Below, piece after piece: positions 60,751 through 64,000 of a stretch of 64,000 bases of DNA. The notes under the pieces were generated by a model. It made no database searches, was not told where the DNA came from, and saw only the letters and a list, made by a program, of their open reading frames with translations. This DNA is from Acutalibacteraceae bacterium (GTDB lineage Bacteria; Bacillota; Clostridia; Oscillospirales; Acutalibacteraceae). The stretch's first letter is position 1; every line of letters begins with the position of its first letter. The position numbers and the translations under genes are program-made. The DNA is taken from the NCBI GenBank assembly GCA_045538815.1, contig JAZQEE010000066.1, positions 279 to 64,278 on the forward strand, written 5' to 3'.

Positions 60751-62505
60751 TTATTTAACTTCGTCTGCAAGCTCAACAAAGCCTTTCATGATTGAAGAAG
60801 CTGTTGTTTTGCCGAGGGAGATAAGCTCCTGATAGTGACCGTCAAGGATAGCCATTGAGTAGTCATTGTCGGGAACAACATAACCGATAGCGTCATTCAT
60901 AAGACCGATGCAGATTGTGCCTTCGCCGAAGATCTCGTAGATTGAGGGGATGCCGAAATCCTTGCCGTGGAATGAACCGTCAGCAGTAAGTGAAGCGCCG
61001 CCTGCAACGAGGTCCTGAACGATTTCACCGGGCATGAATACAAGCTTGATATCGCCCATTTCCATGTAGCCGATTTCGGTGTAGATGTAGTAGCTGAATC
61101 CATCCTTGATGATACCGTAGTTAACAAGGTCAAGCTTACCGACAAGCTTGATGAGGGGGTTTGTAACCTTAATTAGAACTTCTTTGTTTCTGATGTTAAG
61201 AAGAGGTTTAACCTGAGTTTCTTCAACCTTTTCCCATCCTTCGTACCAGAGGGTGTAGTATTCGCCGCCTTCTTCCATTTCAGCAGCCATGGTGTCCTTT
61301 TCAGCCTGAGTCATGTTTGCTTTAATCTGCTCTACGTCATTTGTGAGGTTGAGAGCGATGTTGGCAATTTCTCTGCCGTAGCGTGCGGACTGCTCAACTC
61401 TTCTGTCGGTTGAAACGCCGTCACCCGAGGGGCCTCTGCCGATATAGATGCCTGCGATTGCACCGTTGAAGAACATGAAGTTATAGCCTTTGCTTTCAAT
61501 CTGCTCGCCCATGTAGTAGATGTAGTCGCCGGAAAGGTCTCTGCCGTTATCGATTTCGTCAACTGCAAGACCTGCAACGTCGGGATGAGCAGCAATGTTA
61601 ACGATCATTGTGGGGTTGACCTTATTGCCGTTTTCATCAACACTCTTGAAGGGTGTGAAAACGAATCTTGAGAGATCGTACATTTCAGCTGATGCTGAGG
61701 GTCTGTTCTTATTGCTGAAGTATTCGCCGTCAAGTGTCTTGACTGCATAGGTTAATGTACCTTCGGTCATGTTGCCGATAGCTTCAACCATTGTCTGTGT
61801 TGTAACTTCGCAAAGGAACTTGATATATTCGGTGTTAACGCCCTTTTCCATCTCGCCGAGAGGAATGAAAGCGTTACCGATGTTCTTAAGAAGCTTGGGG
61901 AAAAGCTCGGTCCAGAGACCCTGTGTGTCAATGCAGCTGTGGCAGTGAGTTGATGAAAGGTTAACGCTGTTTATTTCAACATCTGTTACAGCTTTTTCAA
62001 GAGCAACTCTGATTGTCTTGATATCAGCATTGGGGAGACCGATTGAGTCAAGGTTTGCAAAAACGTTAATACCTCTGCCGGAACCGTCTGAAACTGCAAT
62101 AACGCGGACCTGCATGTCGTCCATAACCTCTTCAACGAGGTTGCTCATGCCGTTTGAGATAGCCATGAAACCGCCGAGGTAGTAGGGGGTTGTCTGCCAG
62201 TCATCGGGAAGAACGGAAGCAGTTGCGTAGCCGAGTGACCATACTGCGTTTGCAGCGGGCTCGTCAAGCATTTCATCGTTTCCTTCATAGAAGTTCTCGC
62301 TTTTGTATTCCTCAAGATTGGGGAAATCTCTCGTTGCGGGAATAACGGTGCTGATTGCTGTAATAAGAGTTGTAACGATTGTGTCAACGATTGAAACACC
62401 GACATGCTTGAGTGCATCGCCGACTGCCGAAGCAGCGGAAGCGTTTGTAGCAGAAACGGTGAAAATCATTGTCATTACAAGAACGATGCTTATGATTTTT
62501 TTCAT
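60751..62505 (-). CDS. secreted protein, possibly neutral/alkaline-ceramidase-like hydrolase
   Basis: ATG at 62505 after AAGGAG. Signal peptide MKKIISIVLVMTMIFTVSATNASA. The succession GYATASVLP...VRVIAVSDGSG...FANLD...SSTHCHS resembles the N-terminal half of neutral ceramidases. This is a weak assignment from memory. Confidence 0.45.
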   Translation of the reverse strand: MKKIISIVLVMTMIFTVSATNASAASAVGDALKHVGVSIVDTIVTTLITAISTVIPATRDFPNLEEYKSENFYEGNDEMLDEPAANAVWSLGYATASVLPDDWQTTPYYLGGFMAISNGMSNLVEEVMDDMQVRVIAVSDGSGRGINVFANLDSIGLPNADIKTIRVALEKAVTDVEINSVNLSSTHCHSCIDTQGLWTELFPKLLKNIGNAFIPLGEMEKGVNTEYIKFLCEVTTQTMVEAIGNMTEGTLTYAVKTLDGEYFSNKNRPSASAEMYDLSRFVFTPFKSVDENGNKVNPTMIVNIAAHPDVAGLAVDEIDNGRDLSGDYIYYMGEQIESKGYNFMFFNGAIAGIYIGRGPSGDGVSTDRRVEQSARYGREIANIALNLTNDVEQIKANMTQAEKDTMAAEMEEGGEYYTLWYEGWEKVEETQVKPLLNIRNKEVLIKVTNPLIKLVGKLDLVNYGIIKDGFSYYIYTEIGYMEMGDIKLVFMPGEIVQDLVAGGASLTADGSFHGKDFGIPSIYEIFGEGTICIGLMNDAIGYVVPDNDYSMAILDGHYQELISLGKTTASSIMKGFVELADEVK

Positions 62506-62666
62506 TTTCTTTGCTCCTTGCTTAGAAGATTTATTTGGCATACTGCCTTTTCCAATTATTTTAACACCATTTTTCATCTCTGTAAAGTGTTTTTTAACGG
62601 TATTGACAAAAAAATAATCATTAAATACCTTTTAGGGTATATTTTTAACAAAATTGCATTTGAGTG

Positions 62667-62695
62667 TTGAAAAAATCCGAACGGAAGAGTATAAT
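62667..62695 (+). promoter_or_regulatory. sigma-A type promoter for pdxK-thyA
   Basis: TTGAAA (62667-62672), 17-nt spacer, TATAAT (62690-62695). Confidence 0.6.
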
Positions 62696-62720
62696 ATATA
62701 AAATTATACCCGAAAGGCTG

Positions 62721-63581
62721 ATGAAGGTGGTCAAGCAAAAGCGTGTTGCCGCAATTCACGATATTTCAGGCATAGGCAAATGCTCGCTTACTGCCGCAAT
62801 CCCCGTTATTTCTGCGGCGGGAATCGAAACCGCAGCAATGCCCACCGCAGTGCTCTCAACACACACGGGTAATATAAAAGGATATACCTACCGCGATCTG
62901 ACAAGCGACCTCGTTCCTTTTTATTCTCATTGGAAGTCGCTCGGTGTTGAGTTTGACGGAATTTACAGCGGATTTCTCGGCTCGGTTGAGCAGGTTGATA
63001 TCGTCTGCGATTTCATAGATGAATTCAAAAATGACGGTTGTGTTGTTATGGTTGACCCTGCAATGGCTGACAGCGGACTTATGTACACTACTTTTAACAA
63101 AGAGTTTGCAAGGGAAATGAGAAAGCTTTGCAGAAAAGCGGATATAATCGTTCCGAATTTAACCGAAGCTGTATTTCTCCTCGGCGAAGAATACCGTGAG
63201 CCTCCTTGCGGCGATGAGTATATCAGAGATTTGATGATAAGACTTTCCGATATGGGGCCGTCAATGGTTGTTCTGACGGGTGTTCATACCTCGGACGATG
63301 AAATAACCTGCTATGTTTACGACAGAATGAAGAATGATTTTTTCAGCTGCAAGTCAAGAAGATACAGCGGCACATATTACGGCACGGGCGATATTTTTGC
63401 ATCGGCATTGCTTGGTGCTTATATGAACGGAAAAGACATTTCCGAAAGCACGGAAATTGCGCTTGATTTTACCTGCGGTGCGGTTAAACGCACTTTTGAA
63501 GCAGGCACCGATACAAGGCTCGGAGTCAATTTTGAGCAGGGAATCGGAGAATATATTAAAGTTCTGGAGGGTTCAAAGTGA
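62721..63581 (+). CDS. pdxK: pyridoxal/pyridoxamine kinase (PfkB/ribokinase superfamily)
   Basis: VAAIHDISGIGKCSLTAAIPVISAAGIETAAMPTAVLSTHTG and YSGFLGS are typical of Firmicute pyridoxamine kinases. ATG at 62721 follows GAAAGG. Confidence 0.8.
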   Translation: MKVVKQKRVAAIHDISGIGKCSLTAAIPVISAAGIETAAMPTAVLSTHTGNIKGYTYRDLTSDLVPFYSHWKSLGVEFDGIYSGFLGSVEQVDIVCDFIDEFKNDGCVVMVDPAMADSGLMYTTFNKEFAREMRKLCRKADIIVPNLTEAVFLLGEEYREPPCGDEYIRDLMIRLSDMGPSMVVLTGVHTSDDEITCYVYDRMKNDFFSCKSRRYSGTYYGTGDIFASALLGAYMNGKDISESTEIALDFTCGAVKRTFEAGTDTRLGVNFEQGIGEYIKVLEGSK

Positions 63582-64000
63582 GTTACGCAGATAAAGTTTT
63601 TATTGAAACCTGTAAAGATATTCTTGAAAACGGGGTTTGGGATACGGATCTTGACGTGCGTCCCAGATGGGAGGACGGAACACCCGCCCACACAATAAAA
63701 AAATTTGGCGTTGTCAACAGATATGACCTGAGCAAGGAATTTCCGATGCTCACTCTCAGAAAAACCTTCCTTAAAAGCGCTGTTGACGAAATGCTCTGGA
63801 TATGGCAGAAAAAATCCAACAATATCAACGATCTCGGCAGCCATGTCTGGGATTCATGGGCTGATGAAAACGGAAGCATAGGCAAGGCTTACGGCTACCA
63901 GCTCGGAGTCAAGCATCATTACAAAGAGGGCGATATGGATCAGGTTGACAAAGTACTTTATGATCTTAAGCATAATCCTCAGAGCAGAAGAATTCTGACC
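63578..64000 (+). CDS. thyA: thymidylate synthase, N-terminal part (runs off the window)
   Basis: GTG start overlapping the pdxK stop (GTGA). VRPRWEDGTPAHTIKKFG...EMLWIWQKKSNNINDL...NPQSRRILT closely parallels B. subtilis ThyA. Confidence 0.95.
   Translation, partial: MSYADKVFIETCKDILENGVWDTDLDVRPRWEDGTPAHTIKKFGVVNRYDLSKEFPMLTLRKTFLKSAVDEMLWIWQKKSNNINDLGSHVWDSWADENGSIGKAYGYQLGVKHHYKEGDMDQVDKVLYDLKHNPQSRRILT

Noticed and set aside
1-64000. Search for mobile elements, prophage remnants, toxin-antitoxin pairs, restriction-modification or other defence systems, tRNA/rRNA genes and CRISPR arrays
   Set aside because: No transposase, integrase, recombinase, nuclease-helicase defence architecture, small adjacent TA-like gene pair, tRNA cloverleaf or spaced repeat array could be identified. 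All ORFs above ~90 aa on either strand are accounted for by the listed genes or are shadow ORFs.

Overview
This is a chromosomal segment of a spore-forming Bacillota genome, with Clostridia-type gene order. I count about 55 protein-coding genes and one T-box leader. There is no rRNA, tRNA, CRISPR array, transposase, integrase, phage gene or recognisable defence gene. The backbone is housekeeping: gdhA (partial), recJ-relA-dtd-MBL hydrolase-hemZ-like-kinase-like, the conserved yabM/mazG/hup/yabO/yabP/yabQ/divIC/yabR sporulation-division block, hpf, T-box-controlled pheST, ireB, and pdxK-thyA (partial). Interspersed accessory genes are unusually rich in hydrolases: three secreted lipase/phospholipase-type enzymes (LCAT-like, family I.5-like lipase, PI-PLC-like), a patatin, a ceramidase-like secreted protein, GH38, GH5 and GH2 glycosidases, and two metallophosphoesterases. 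Intergenic space is short and almost fully explained by promoters and rho-independent hairpins, so any novelty here must be protein-encoded. The best candidates for something undescribed are three. (i) A BlaI/BlaR1-type repressor and sensor-protease pair: the sensor has a ~680-aa extracytoplasmic region without penicillin-binding motifs, the promoter carries two non-canonical palindromic operators, and the pair is flanked by a GT-C-like membrane protein and a PI-PLC-like enzyme. (ii) A block of secreted lipase, unknown secreted protein, patatin and LRR surface protein. (iii) An orphan two-subunit aconitase-X operon and an orphan Fe-S hydro-lyase alpha subunit. All family assignments come from motif recognition by eye, not from database or structure searches, so none of the novelty claims is verified.
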